DNA of 64,000 nucleotides, from positions 1,248,001-1,312,000 of the forward strand of contig CAVVLJ010000016.1 of assembly GCA_963749075.1 (NCBI GenBank). The letters are read 5' to 3'. Below, in pieces: positions 30,513-40,700 of this stretch (the first letter of the stretch is position 1; each line of letters begins with the position of its first letter). The notes beneath the pieces were generated by a model, which saw nothing but the letters and a program-made list of their open reading frames with translations, did no database searches and had not been told where the DNA came from. The translations under genes were made by a program, and so were the position numbers. This DNA is from an uncultured Pseudomonadota bacterium (GTDB lineage Bacteria > Pseudomonadota > Alphaproteobacteria > JACZXZ01).

Positions 30513-30689
30513 GGCGGCCGTGCGGCCGCAGCGCGGGAGGCGGCCGGCGCGCGTCTCAATTTTGTCGCTTCCGCCATGCCGTGCAAAACGGCAAGTCTTT
30601 CGGCAACATGAAACGCTCGGTCGCCGCGGTGGCGGATGGCGGCGGCGAACGGGTCGCGAGGGAATGAGATGGCAAAGGGAAGCGATGAT

Positions 30690-31250
30690 ATGTTCAGGCG
30701 GAAAGATACCGGCGAGGATGGCGGCGCCAAGACGCCGCGCGAGGAGGCGAGCGCGCGCGGCACCCCCGGCGCAACACCGCAAGTGCGGCCGGAGGGCGGC
30801 GATGCGACGCTGGCCGGCGCCTATCGCCCGGCGCCGGCGGCCCGGCCGGGACCCGACGCCTATCGCCGGGTCATCGAGGTACCCGGCCCGCCGCGCCGCG
30901 AGGCAGCACTCGCGCCGACGGAGAGCAAGAAGCTCATCGTCGGCCGCGACATCTCGCTCAACGGCAAGATCTCCTCATGCGACCGCCTCATCGTCGAGGG
31001 CAGCGTCGAGGTCGAGCTGCAGGACTGCCACACCATCGAGATCGCCGAGAGCGGCAATTTCAAGGGTGCCGCCGAGATCGAGAGCGCCGAGGTCTCGGGC
31101 CACTACGAGGGCTCGCTCACGGTGCGCGAGAACCTCCTGATCCACAGCACCGGGCACGTGAGCGGCACCATCCGCTACGGCCGGCTGCAGATCGAGCAGG
31201 GCGGCGAGATCAACGGCGACGTGCGGAGCCTCGGCGTCAGGAGCGAGTAG
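30690..31250 (+). CDS. bactofilin (polymer-forming cytoskeletal protein)
   Basis: MFRRK start, Pro-rich N-terminus, LIVGRDISLNG...VSGTIRYGRLQIEQGGEING (alternative ATG 30669). Confidence 0.9.
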   Translation: MFRRKDTGEDGGAKTPREEASARGTPGATPQVRPEGGDATLAGAYRPAPAARPGPDAYRRVIEVPGPPRREAALAPTESKKLIVGRDISLNGKISSCDRLIVEGSVEVELQDCHTIEIAESGNFKGAAEIESAEVSGHYEGSLTVRENLLIHSTGHVSGTIRYGRLQIEQGGEINGDVRSLGVRSE

Positions 31251-31293
31251 CCGCGCGCCGCCAGTTGTTGCCTCGACCCATGGACGCAGGAGG

Positions 31294-31397
31294 CACCCCC
31301 CTCCCTACCCTCCCCCTCAAGGGGGGAGGGGAGTTATGAGTGGCTGGAAAAAGAGCTTCCCCCTCCCCCTCGAAGGGGGAGGGTTGGGGTGGGGGTG
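31294..31397. repeat. REP-like inverted pair (CCCTCCCCC...GGGGGAGGG family)
   Basis: Two GC hairpins in opposite orientation between convergent genes. Confidence 0.8.
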
Positions 31398-31422
31398 ACG
31401 CTCGAATAGGCGAAAGCGGGCG

Positions 31423-33117
31423 CTAGCCGACCTTGGCCGCAGCCGCGGCTGGGGCGGTTTGTTTTGCCGCGGCCTCGCCGCCGGCCACGAGCTTGGCCTC
31501 GTCGATCGCGTCGATCTGCTCGGGCAGAAGGAAACGCTCGGCATAGCTGCGGTAGACCCCCGACTTGACGAGGAGGCGGAAGATATCGGGGTCGAGGTGG
31601 CGGTTGTCGCACATGGCGCGCATGATGCCGAGCGATTCGGAGAGCGTCTTGGGCTTCTTGTAGGGCCGGTCGGCAGCGGTGAGCGCCTCGAAGACGTTGG
31701 CCACGCCGATCATGCGCGCCGGGATCGACATCTGCTCGCGCTTCAGGCCCTTGGGATAGCCGGTTCCGTCCATCTTCTCGTGATGCCCGCCGGCGATCTC
31801 CGGCACGCGCCGCATGTATTTGGGGAAGGGCAGCGCCTCCAGCATCTGGATGGTCAGCACGATGTGGTCGTTGATGATCTTGCGGTCGGCATCGTTGAGC
31901 GTGCCGCGGCGGATGGAGAGGTTCTCGATCTCGTTGTCGTCGAGGAGCGGGCGCTCCTCGCCGTCGAGCCGCCAGCGGCGCTTGCCGATCTCCCGGATGC
32001 GCGCGAGGACCGCGTCGGAAAGGAACTCGCCGCCGATGTTGTACTGGCCAAGCGCCTTCACGTCGTCCGTGAGGGCCGCCTGGGCGCGGCGGCACTCCGC
32101 GGCGAGCGCCTGCGCATCGCCGCCCGCGGCAAGGCCGTCGCGGTAGGCGAGCTCGATGTCGCGCCGGATGACCTCGGCGCGCACGCGGATCTCGTCGATG
32201 CGGTCGCAAATGCGCTCGAGCTTGGTCGCCTTGTCCAGGATATGGACCGGCGTGATCACCTTGCCCACGTCGTGAAGGCCGGCGGCGACGCGGATCTCGT
32301 AGAGCTGCTCCTCGCTCAGGCGGAAGTCGGCGAAGGGACCCTCGCCCGCCTGGCAGGCGGCCTCGACGAGCATCTGGGTCAGCGCCGGGACGCGCTGGCA
32401 ATGGGCGCCCGTATAGGGCGACTTGGCGTCGACGGCGCCCGCCATCATGTGGATGAAGGAGTCGAAGAGCGCCCGCTCCGCCTCGATGAGCTGCTGGTTC
32501 TCCAGCGCCACGGCCGCCTGGCTGCCGAGCAACTCGATGACCGGGAGGATGGCCTCGCCGAACGGCATGACCTGGTGCGTCGCCGGGTCGAGCGCGTTGA
32601 GGAGCTGCAGGACGCCGATGACCTCCTGCTTGTGGTTCTTGAGCGGCACCGTGAGGAAGCTCTGCGAGCGGTAGCCCGTCGTCTCGTCGAACTTGCGCGT
32701 GCCGGAAAAGTCGAAACCGGCGGCGTGGTAGGCATCGGCGATGTTGATGGTGGCGCCGGTATGGGCGACGTGGGTCGCCACCTGGTTATGGTTGGGCTCG
32801 TTCGACGCGCCGTGGTGGTAGAGCTCGAGCGGCGGGAAGGGCACCGGCTTCCCCGTGGTGCCGCCGAGCGCTATGCACAGCGTATCGTTGCGCAGGATGA
32901 CGAAGCGCAGGCACTCGCTCTCCGTGCGCAGATAGAGCGTACCGCCGTCGGCATGGGCGATCTCCATGGCGCCGGCGACGATGCGCTCGAGCAGGCGGTC
33001 GTGGTTGCGCTCGGCCGAGAGTGCGATGCCGAGGTCGACAAGTTGCTTGAGCTCGGCGGCTACGTCCGCAGGAGCCTGGTGCGGCTCGCCCCCGGCAGTT
33101 TGCGCATCGTTGCCCAT
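31423..33117 (-). CDS. GAF + HD-GYP c-di-GMP phosphodiesterase
   Basis: GAF (ADGGTLYL...SFLTVPLKN...GVLQLLN), KSPYTGAHC, LHDVGK, HHEKMDGTGYP, RPYK. Confidence 0.92.
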   Translation of the reverse strand: MGNDAQTAGGEPHQAPADVAAELKQLVDLGIALSAERNHDRLLERIVAGAMEIAHADGGTLYLRTESECLRFVILRNDTLCIALGGTTGKPVPFPPLELYHHGASNEPNHNQVATHVAHTGATINIADAYHAAGFDFSGTRKFDETTGYRSQSFLTVPLKNHKQEVIGVLQLLNALDPATHQVMPFGEAILPVIELLGSQAAVALENQQLIEAERALFDSFIHMMAGAVDAKSPYTGAHCQRVPALTQMLVEAACQAGEGPFADFRLSEEQLYEIRVAAGLHDVGKVITPVHILDKATKLERICDRIDEIRVRAEVIRRDIELAYRDGLAAGGDAQALAAECRRAQAALTDDVKALGQYNIGGEFLSDAVLARIREIGKRRWRLDGEERPLLDDNEIENLSIRRGTLNDADRKIINDHIVLTIQMLEALPFPKYMRRVPEIAGGHHEKMDGTGYPKGLKREQMSIPARMIGVANVFEALTAADRPYKKPKTLSESLGIMRAMCDNRHLDPDIFRLLVKSGVYRSYAERFLLPEQIDAIDEAKLVAGGEAAAKQTAPAAAAAKVG

Positions 33118-33273
33118 ATGCCTGGCTCTTCCGCTCTCCGGGACAAACACCTTCACGCGCCCGGCCCATGCCGGCGCGTGCTCGTCCTTTCCACGCGATG
33201 GAACTATAGCATGGTTGATGCCGCAACTGTAGCGCCGCGCGCGGCCCCCGTCGCGGTCCCGCCGGCCTCGCCG

Positions 33274-34107
33274 TTACATCTTCTCGACGATCTCCTGCTC
33301 GGTTTTGCTCAGCTCGGGCGCCATGCGCTTGGCCACCGCGCGCAGCCATTCGAGGTACACCGTCTGGCCCTTATCGACCGCCACGCCGACCGGCTGGGCC
33401 TTCTCCTGGCTGCCCTGGCAGTTGTTCTCGCGCGGCAGTGCTGCCAGCCCCTTCACCTTCTTGGCGATGAGCGGCCACTGGATGCGGTTGATGGGCGCCG
33501 CGTCCGCCCGCTTGGCCATGATCTCCTCGATCGGCGCCGGCGCATTGGAGCTGCTGACGCCGTGGAGCTCCGCCTTGGGGAAGCGCTCCTTCACCCAGTT
33601 CTCCTCGGCGCCGCCGATGAAATAGGCGATGACGGTGCCGGGCGCATTGAGGTCGTCGACCGTCTTTGCGGCGGCGATCTTGGCATCGTCGGCGCGGCCG
33701 AACATGCAGACGCTGGTGTTGGAATAGAGCACGAAATCCACCACCTTGAGGCGCTCGGGCGTCTCGGCGAGGGCCGTGATGCTGATGTCGGCCTGATTGG
33801 TGGCGAGCACCGGGATCTTGGTCTCGTGGCTCACCGGTACCGTCTCGAGCTTCACCTTGAGGAGCCGCGCATATTCCTTGGCGAGAACCCAGGCCGGGCC
33901 GCCCCAGGGCTCGCCCGTGCCGCTCGTGGTCTCGGTGAGCCACGGCGGGTTGGCGAGCACGGCCACGCGCAAAGCACCTGCCTTGCGGATGGCATCGATG
34001 CGCGGGCTGGCGCCCGGCGCCGGCGGCTCCTGGGCATAGCTGAGGCTGGTCGCAAGCAGTCCCGCCGCAAGTGCCAACGCCGCGGCGGCAACTCTCATTG
34101 TCGGCAT
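33274..34107 (-). CDS. amino-acid ABC transporter substrate-binding protein (family 3)
   Basis: GGAGGAGG RBS, signal peptide, IRKAGALRVAV, ETPERLKVVDF. Confidence 0.88.
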   Translation of the reverse strand: MPTMRVAAAALALAAGLLATSLSYAQEPPAPGASPRIDAIRKAGALRVAVLANPPWLTETTSGTGEPWGGPAWVLAKEYARLLKVKLETVPVSHETKIPVLATNQADISITALAETPERLKVVDFVLYSNTSVCMFGRADDAKIAAAKTVDDLNAPGTVIAYFIGGAEENWVKERFPKAELHGVSSSNAPAPIEEIMAKRADAAPINRIQWPLIAKKVKGLAALPRENNCQGSQEKAQPVGVAVDKGQTVYLEWLRAVAKRMAPELSKTEQEIVEKM

Positions 34108-34579
34108 GTCGGGCCTCCTCCCCTGATCGCTCCTCGCAATCGCGCGGAGCCGCGGTGCACCCGCGGTCTTCTTGCAGTGCCTGCACATTAGCATGACCGA
34201 ATCGCAGGCTAAAGCCAGATCGAGAACTGTGCCACGACCACAGCGACGGCAATCCGCACGTAGCATTGCAGGACCACGACACGGAAGCAAAGGCGTAACG
34301 TGCGCTGCCGTGGCCGAGAAGCCGGCCTCGTTATTTCTATCTCGCTTAACTCGACGGTCATCAGTGAAGTTAAATTATTGCAACGTGGGCGTGTAAGGTT
34401 GCAGGCCGGGAGCGGGCACCAACTTCGGTCGCTCACTCTTGCCCCCCACACCATTCACCAAGGGATCGCCTTTGCAACGGACGGGACAATGCCCGTGTCC
34501 GTTATTCCGTTGCGCGCTGCAAGCCGGCACCCCGGAGTGCGAACGCAATCTTTCCCCTTTGTCAAGGAGTACAGTTCCA

Positions 34580-35074
34580 ATGGACCCTGCTGGAAGAGAT
34601 AAGCCTAGAAAGAACATTCTGCGGGATGATGGTGATATTCCGGTTTTCGAAAAAATTGGGCATTCCGTCATCGAGATGCCACCCGGCGAGGATCCCCATT
34701 TCTTCGTCGACCAGGGTCTGCTTGCCCGAATGTCTCAGGGCGGCGTCCCGAACATGAATGATCTCTTTGCAATGATCCAGGCATTACGACCGTTGCTGAA
34801 TTTCCGACAGGGCCGCGCCTGGGATGTTCAGCGGATCAAGGGAACGTCGATGCACGACTTCGTCAATTACGCGACCGTGGCGATTGGACTATACGGAGCC
34901 GCCGCCGGGATTCCGATCGATGATATACTCGTATTGGAGGACATATACGCGGCCCTGCGCTCGGATTTCGGCAACGTCGAAATGGACAGGACGTATTCGT
35001 CGCTCCCGGTGACGAACGTCAAGAACACGGAACTCGGCTACGAATTGTTTGAGACCGGGAAGATCGGCCCGTAG
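34580..35074 (+). CDS. hypothetical protein, polymorphic-toxin-like (Ntox44-like) domain
   Basis: AAGGAG RBS; FRQGRAWDVQR...YATVAIGLYGAAAG...GYELF; lower GC than flanks. Confidence 0.5.
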   Translation: MDPAGRDKPRKNILRDDGDIPVFEKIGHSVIEMPPGEDPHFFVDQGLLARMSQGGVPNMNDLFAMIQALRPLLNFRQGRAWDVQRIKGTSMHDFVNYATVAIGLYGAAAGIPIDDILVLEDIYAALRSDFGNVEMDRTYSSLPVTNVKNTELGYELFETGKIGP

Positions 35075-35180
35075 AAGAAATGAGTTTTACGTCTCTAGCT
35101 TCCGAGGCCGCCGATATTGGAGCGGCGGCTTCGTTGCCGCAGAAGCCGCGTGAAAAGATGGCAGACGCTGACACGGGGCA

Positions 35181-35582
35181 TCAAGGAGCTCGTTCATATA
35201 GGACCCTTACCTCGCCAAAGCGATCTCGGTGATCGCGAAGTTGGACGGCGGTCGGCAGAGTGATGACCAAATTGTGCGCATTGTCCATTGAGACACGGGC
35301 ATTCGACGGATCGTCGATCATAGCGAGAGTGAGCTTCTCCATCGTGACGGTGTTGATCGCATAGATTTGAAGTGGGCCGTGGAGGCCGAAGCCGCAAGCG
35401 GCCATCCAGGTTTCTACCATCCATCTCGAGTTCGGTACGAATATACGGTCGAGTCGCTCGGGGGCACACGGCTTCCAAACGAACAATGTCACATAATTTT
35501 CCACGCTCGAGACGGTAATCGCGACGGCGAGGACCACGAGTCCGAGCCCAAGTAGAATATACCTTGCGGCCTTGCGAGCCAT
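35181..35582 (-). CDS. membrane-anchored hypothetical protein
   Basis: GAGG RBS, N-terminal TM helix YILLGLGLVVLAVAITV, two Cys, beta-rich remainder. Confidence 0.55.
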   Translation of the reverse strand: MARKAARYILLGLGLVVLAVAITVSSVENYVTLFVWKPCAPERLDRIFVPNSRWMVETWMAACGFGLHGPLQIYAINTVTMEKLTLAMIDDPSNARVSMDNAHNLVITLPTAVQLRDHRDRFGEVRVLYERAP

Positions 35583-35725
35583 TTTTGCCCCTCGTGGCGG
35601 GCGCACACAACGATGGATAGAAGAATTTAACACAATTGGAATTGATCTGCCACCGACGGCGCATGCGCAGGGCGGCTTGAACGTGGGACAGGGCGATTGC
35701 AAGCAGGCTTACCACGACGATCCGC

Positions 35726-35767
35726 GCGCCCTCCCCGGTGCGCCCTCCCCGGTGCGCCCTCCCCGGT
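35726..35767. repeat. 14-bp perfect tandem repeat x3 (GCGCCCTCCCCGGT)
   Basis: Seen directly in the sequence. Confidence 0.9.
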
Positions 35768-35828
35768 TGTACGCGTCCGCTGGCTTGGGATAGCATAGCA
35801 AATTTGGCGCAAGCGGAGGGACCATGCG

Positions 35829-36377
35829 ATGCATGTCTGCGCCTCGAGCCACCGCGATGCGGGAGCGGCCGGGAGCCGCCGCCGCTTCCTCGGCCAGCTG
35901 GCGCTCGGCGGCGGCCTCCTCTTAGCAGGCGCCGCCCTCCCCTTCGTCCGCTTACGCGCGGCGGAGGGCACCGAGGCGCTCCTCTTGAGCTGCATCGACT
36001 ACCGGCTGGTCGACGCCACGACGCGCTACATGGACGGCCGCGGCATGGCGGGGAAGTACGACCATGTGATCCTCGCGGGCGCCTCGCTCGGCGCCGAGAC
36101 GGCCAAGTTCCCGGCCTGGCGCACGACCTTCTGGGAGCATCTCAAGCTCGCCATCGATCTTCACCACATCCACCAGCTCATCGTCCTCGACCACCGCGAC
36201 TGCGGCGCCTACAAGCTCATCCTGGGCAAGGACTTCTCGAAAGACCCCGCGGAGGAGTTCGCGGTCCATGCCCGCGAGCTGCGCCGGCTCAAGGCCGCAG
36301 TCTTGAGGCGGCACCCGCCGTTGCAGGTCGAGCTCTCGCTGATGGCGCTCGACGGCAGCGTCGAGCCGGTCGCCTGA
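35829..36377 (+). CDS. beta-class carbonic anhydrase with Tat signal
   Basis: SRRRFL twin-arginine; Zn ligands SCIDYR and HRDC. Confidence 0.85.
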   Translation: MHVCASSHRDAGAAGSRRRFLGQLALGGGLLLAGAALPFVRLRAAEGTEALLLSCIDYRLVDATTRYMDGRGMAGKYDHVILAGASLGAETAKFPAWRTTFWEHLKLAIDLHHIHQLIVLDHRDCGAYKLILGKDFSKDPAEEFAVHARELRRLKAAVLRRHPPLQVELSLMALDGSVEPVA

Positions 36378-36384
36378 CGCAGCC

Positions 36385-37284
36385 TCAGGCAAGCGCCCTG
36401 CCGGTCAGCCGCTCGAGCACCTTGAGCGGCGAGGTGCGCGGATCGGCCATCACCGCGATATCGAGATGGAAGGTCTGCTCGAGGGCGAATTGCCCGGCAA
36501 GTGCCGCGTGCAGCACCTGGTCGGTGTAGCAGAGCCAAGTGGTCCCCGGCGCAAAGGCGAACTCAGCGAGCCGAGCCGACTGCTGGTATGCGGCGTCGCG
36601 CTTGCCGCGGTCGTGCAGGCCGAGCATGAGATGGTCGTAGCCGCTCCGCCGGCCCTTGGTGATGCCGAGCGCTTGGAGGAGCCAGGCCTCGCCGGCGAGC
36701 TGCGGGCGCAAGCCCGCGACGAAGCGCTGAGCGAAGGCCTCGAACGGCTCGCCGAGGTGCCAAAGGCGCGCCTTGCCGGCGGGATCGATGTTGCTGAAGA
36801 GGCGCAGGATGCGCCGCCCATGTGTGGGGCGCGAGGGGAAGGCGTCGGGATGGAGGAGCGTGTCGTCCTTGATCGGCGAATAGCTGCGCCCGTCGATCTC
36901 GATCGGCCGGTAGCTCGTGCGCGCGCGCTCGAGCCCGGCGGCGTAGCCGGGCAGCAGGTCGGAGACGAGGCGGGTGGCACCCGATGCGAAACGCTCCATC
37001 ATTGCGGCGAGACGCTCGCGCGTCTCACCCCCGGCAACCGTGCCCTGGCAACTGCCGGTCAGAGGGTCGAAGCTGACGTTCTTGGCCTTGCCGTTCGAGA
37101 GATTGGGCGAGAGCAGCGCCTCCTCCCCCGCCTCGAGGACGAAGGCGAGCTTGGGGCAATAGAGCACTTTGCCGCCCTCGAGCGCCGCGACCGCACGCTG
37201 CCGCAGCTCGGGCGCGAAAGGGCCCGACCAGCGCTCGATCTCGAGGCTCTCGATGACGTCCTGAGCGTCCACCTCGCGTGCCAT
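36385..37284 (-). CDS. kdoO: Kdo hydroxylase family protein
   Basis: ARTSYRP, KDDTLLHPDAFPSRPTHGRRILRLFSNI, HD..KRD..YQ, TDQVLHAALAGQFALEQT. Confidence 0.85.
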   Translation of the reverse strand: MAREVDAQDVIESLEIERWSGPFAPELRQRAVAALEGGKVLYCPKLAFVLEAGEEALLSPNLSNGKAKNVSFDPLTGSCQGTVAGGETRERLAAMMERFASGATRLVSDLLPGYAAGLERARTSYRPIEIDGRSYSPIKDDTLLHPDAFPSRPTHGRRILRLFSNIDPAGKARLWHLGEPFEAFAQRFVAGLRPQLAGEAWLLQALGITKGRRSGYDHLMLGLHDRGKRDAAYQQSARLAEFAFAPGTTWLCYTDQVLHAALAGQFALEQTFHLDIAVMADPRTSPLKVLERLTGRALA

Positions 37285-37518
37285 GGCGGCATTCTAGCTG
37301 GAACGGCGGGCCGCGGCGAGGGCCGCGCAGCCTGCCTCGATATTTGCCCTCCCGAGAACCGGCGACGTGCCTTCACTTCAGATCAGACCTAAACGCCGCA
37401 AGGCGTCGCGAACAGCCGCCGGCAGGCCATAGCGATAGAATCTGTCTTCGAGGTCCCGGTCTTGCAGAATCCGACAAGCTAGCCAACTCTCAGCGTGCCT
37501 AGTGCCCTCGCTTTTTTT

Positions 37519-37544
37519 CTGGTAGCTTGGTAACAAGCTACCAG
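37519..37544. promoter_or_regulatory. candidate operator: perfect 11-bp inverted repeat CTGGTAGCTTG-GTAA-CAAGCTACCAG
   Basis: Ends 25 nt before the RHH-like ATG; extra CAAGCTA half-site at ~37475. Confidence 0.5.
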
Positions 37545-37569
37545 TCTGTAGCAGGAACGGAAGTACCCG

Positions 37570-37788
37570 ATGGCCGCCGCAGCACAGAGGAAAGCGCAAA
37601 TCCATGTGCGCGTGACGCAGGAGTTCAAGAGAGCGGTCAAGATGTTCTGCGTCCGTGAAGGGACTACCGAGCAAACCTGGGTCCTGGAGTTAACCGAGGC
37701 AGCTCTCGCGGATCAGGCCCCGGATCTGTGGCCTGTGCCGCAGACCGAGCGCAAAAACCGCATCGGTCGCGGAACAGCGAAGGTCTGA
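37570..37788 (+). CDS. small ribbon-helix-helix-like DNA-binding protein
   Basis: Beta-strand QIHVRV, helix TQEFKRAVKMFCVREG, turn, second helix; first gene of the island operon. Confidence 0.65.
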   Translation: MAAAAQRKAQIHVRVTQEFKRAVKMFCVREGTTEQTWVLELTEAALADQAPDLWPVPQTERKNRIGRGTAKV

Positions 37789-37793
37789 CGATT

Positions 37794-40700
37794 ATGCCCG
37801 GTCTGAACGAGCAAGCCAGCGCTTTCGGTTGCCCAGACCTAATTCACCTTGCAGGCGAGCCCACGGCTGACAACCTGGAATATCTCGACCTATTGTCCGA
37901 CAGGTCAGAATCGCCGTTGCTTCCGGATGCCGTTGCTGAGTTTCAAGGCCGCCCGGTGATGTATCTAGTGGACGGCGGTGCCCGACTCGGGCGAAACGAG
38001 CCTGCAGCCGATGCAATTCGTCACTTGCAGCAACTCCTCGCAAATCGAAGCGAACAGTCCTGCCTTGCTGTAATCCGGCCCGGCTCACTGGATGTGTATC
38101 CTATCAATCTCGACCGCGAAACACTCATGAAGTTCCAGCCTAGAATCATCAGAGCGAATGCCTCTGACGCGCCTACTTTCTTCCAAGCCCTCGCCGCAGG
38201 CGTCCTGGCGCCGGAAGGGCAGCCAAAGGAAGCCGACTTTGTCTTCCACGAAATCCATAGCCTGCTTGCACGCGCTTCTGAAGATTTGACCGGCAAGCTC
38301 CGGCCGCTGGAAGTGCTCTCCGTCACGGGCCGCGCGTTGTTCTTCCGCTTTTTGCTTGACCGCCACATCATCCTTGAATGGGAGCGCGCCGATATTTGTC
38401 CGAAAGCGACCGAGTTGCGGGACGCCTTCTCCAATGCGGAGAAAGCTGCGGCCACTTCCTGCTGGCTGGATGAAACCTTCAATGGTGATCTGCTGCCACT
38501 CGTTTCAGGCTTGCCCGCCGACGCGAGTGCCGACGCACGTCTAACCGCCTACCGGAAGTTCTACCGACGGGCTGATGCTGACACGCGAAAGGACGTGTTC
38601 CTTCATTTGGAGGCCATACTTCGGGGCTGGAAATCATTGGGACATTTAAGTTTCCAACCCCGCCTGCCTCGCATTGACTGGAATGACTTGAACTTCGCCC
38701 ACATCCCGATCGGCGTACTGAGCCAAGTCTATGAGACCTTCAGCCGCCAGTGGGATCCAGAACACGCAGAGAAAACCAGTATCTACTACACTCCGAAGAA
38801 CATCGCTCGCTGTCTAGTCGACGAAGCGTTTGCAGGGCTTACAGACCCGGCGGAAGCTCACGCTCTCGATCCGGCATGTGGTGCAGGAATCTTCCTCGTC
38901 CTGACTTTCCGTAGACTAATTCGCGCCAGATGGCAGAAGGACGGGCGACGCCCAGACACCCGTGCGATCCAGCGCACTCTTTACAGCCAGTTACGCGGCT
39001 TCGACGTCAGCGAATCCGCGCTGCGCTTGGCGGCGCTGGCCCTCTACATCACTGCGATTGAACTCAATGGCTCTCCTCGACCACCTAAGAGTCTGAAGTT
39101 TCCAAGCCCCTTAAAAGATCACGTGCTTTTTAACTTCGGACGACAACTATTGGACAGCCAGCGCGGCTTCGTGCCCGGTAGTCTCGGCCCTGACGTTCCA
39201 CGACGATTCGACGGCACCTTCGACGTTGTTGTCACCAATCCGCCGTGGAGCCGCCTCCGCGCGTCGGGCAAGGTTAATGAAAATGCCGAGATCGAAAAGA
39301 CCCAGCCGGGGGGGCTGAGCCGCGAATTCACTGCCATAACTCAGCGGGTGCTAAAGGCCCGCAAACTGGACGACATCGCGAGGAACTACAGGAACCCCGA
39401 CAACAACCCCGACCTGCCCTTTGTCTGGAGAGCCGCAGAATGGACGAAGCCGGGCGGCATCATTGCGATGGCCCTTCCGGGCCGAGTCCTTTTCAAACAG
39501 AGCGAGCAAGGAAAAGCTGCGCGCGCCGCACTTCTGCAAGGGCTGGCCGTCACCGGCATCATCAATGGCTCCAATCTGCCAGAAACCGCCGTCTGGCCTA
39601 AGATGAAGCAGCCCTTCATGCTGTTTTTTGCACGCAATGCCGCGGCGGGGCCAAACCACCACTTCTATTTCGCTACGCCGGTCCGCGAACGCAAGCTCAA
39701 CGACCGGGGGCTTTTCCGCATCGACTACCAAGCCGCCGAGCCGGTTGCCGTGAAAGTTGTCGTCGAGAAGCCGTGGCTGCTCAAGGCGCTGGCGATTGGC
39801 ACCTCGTTGGATGTGGAAGTGATGGAGGGACTCAACGCGGCTGGTTGGAAGACGATCGGGGCATTTTGGAATCCCCCGATGCTGTATTGCGGGAAAGGCT
39901 ACAGTTTAGAGCCCCAAAGAAAAGGAGTTCCGCCTGAGTTTCTGCTCGACCTTCCAGATTTCGTTGCGCCTGATCAAGAGTTTTCCGTGAATGCCTCCAA
40001 GCTAGAGACGTTCAAGCAGAAGCACGGCTCTATCGTTCCCTATCAAGCCTGCGATCCGAGACTTTACCAACCGCCCCTGCTGGCCGTGCCTCAGTCTCCA
40101 GGCGAGCGTCGTGAACTCCCAAAGTCGTATCGTTTGCGGGCGAAAGCCGTCTGCTTTTCGCAAAGCTACTACGGCTTCTCGGCCGCGGGACATCCCGACG
40201 GAGAAATGCTGGTATCTCTGCTCTACCTCATCACCAACAGCCTTCTGTTTAATTACTTCTGCCTGATGGTGAGTTCACGCCTTGGCGCGGAGCGGCGGAC
40301 TTTCATCAAGGTCGATTTGGATGCGTTTCCTTTCCCTGACCCTGCCAGCCTAACCTCCGCGCAGAAGCGCAACATCCTATCTCTGGCCGAGGCGCTCGAA
40401 ACACGTTCCAACAAACCGTGGGATGTCATCGATAGATTTGTCTTTGAACTCTACGGACTGGATGACGACGACACCACAGTGGTGCGCGACACCCTGACCG
40501 TCGGCTCCCCCTATCAGTCGGTGCGCGGACCCGCCGAGTTACCTCCAAGCGGCAAGGAAGCAGGTTCCTTCTGTTCTTTCCTCGAAGACATGATCCAGCC
40601 ATCGTTTGAGGTAATTGGCCAGCGAGTATCGGTCGAGCAACTTCCCGCAGTAAGGGGGCGATGGGATCCCCCATGGCGGTTTGTTTCAGTCGCACTGAAG

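Noticed and set aside
37378-37674. 98-aa minus-strand ORF
   Set aside because: Overlaps the RHH-like gene and its operator; no recognisable motif (3' end might be a gene remnant)
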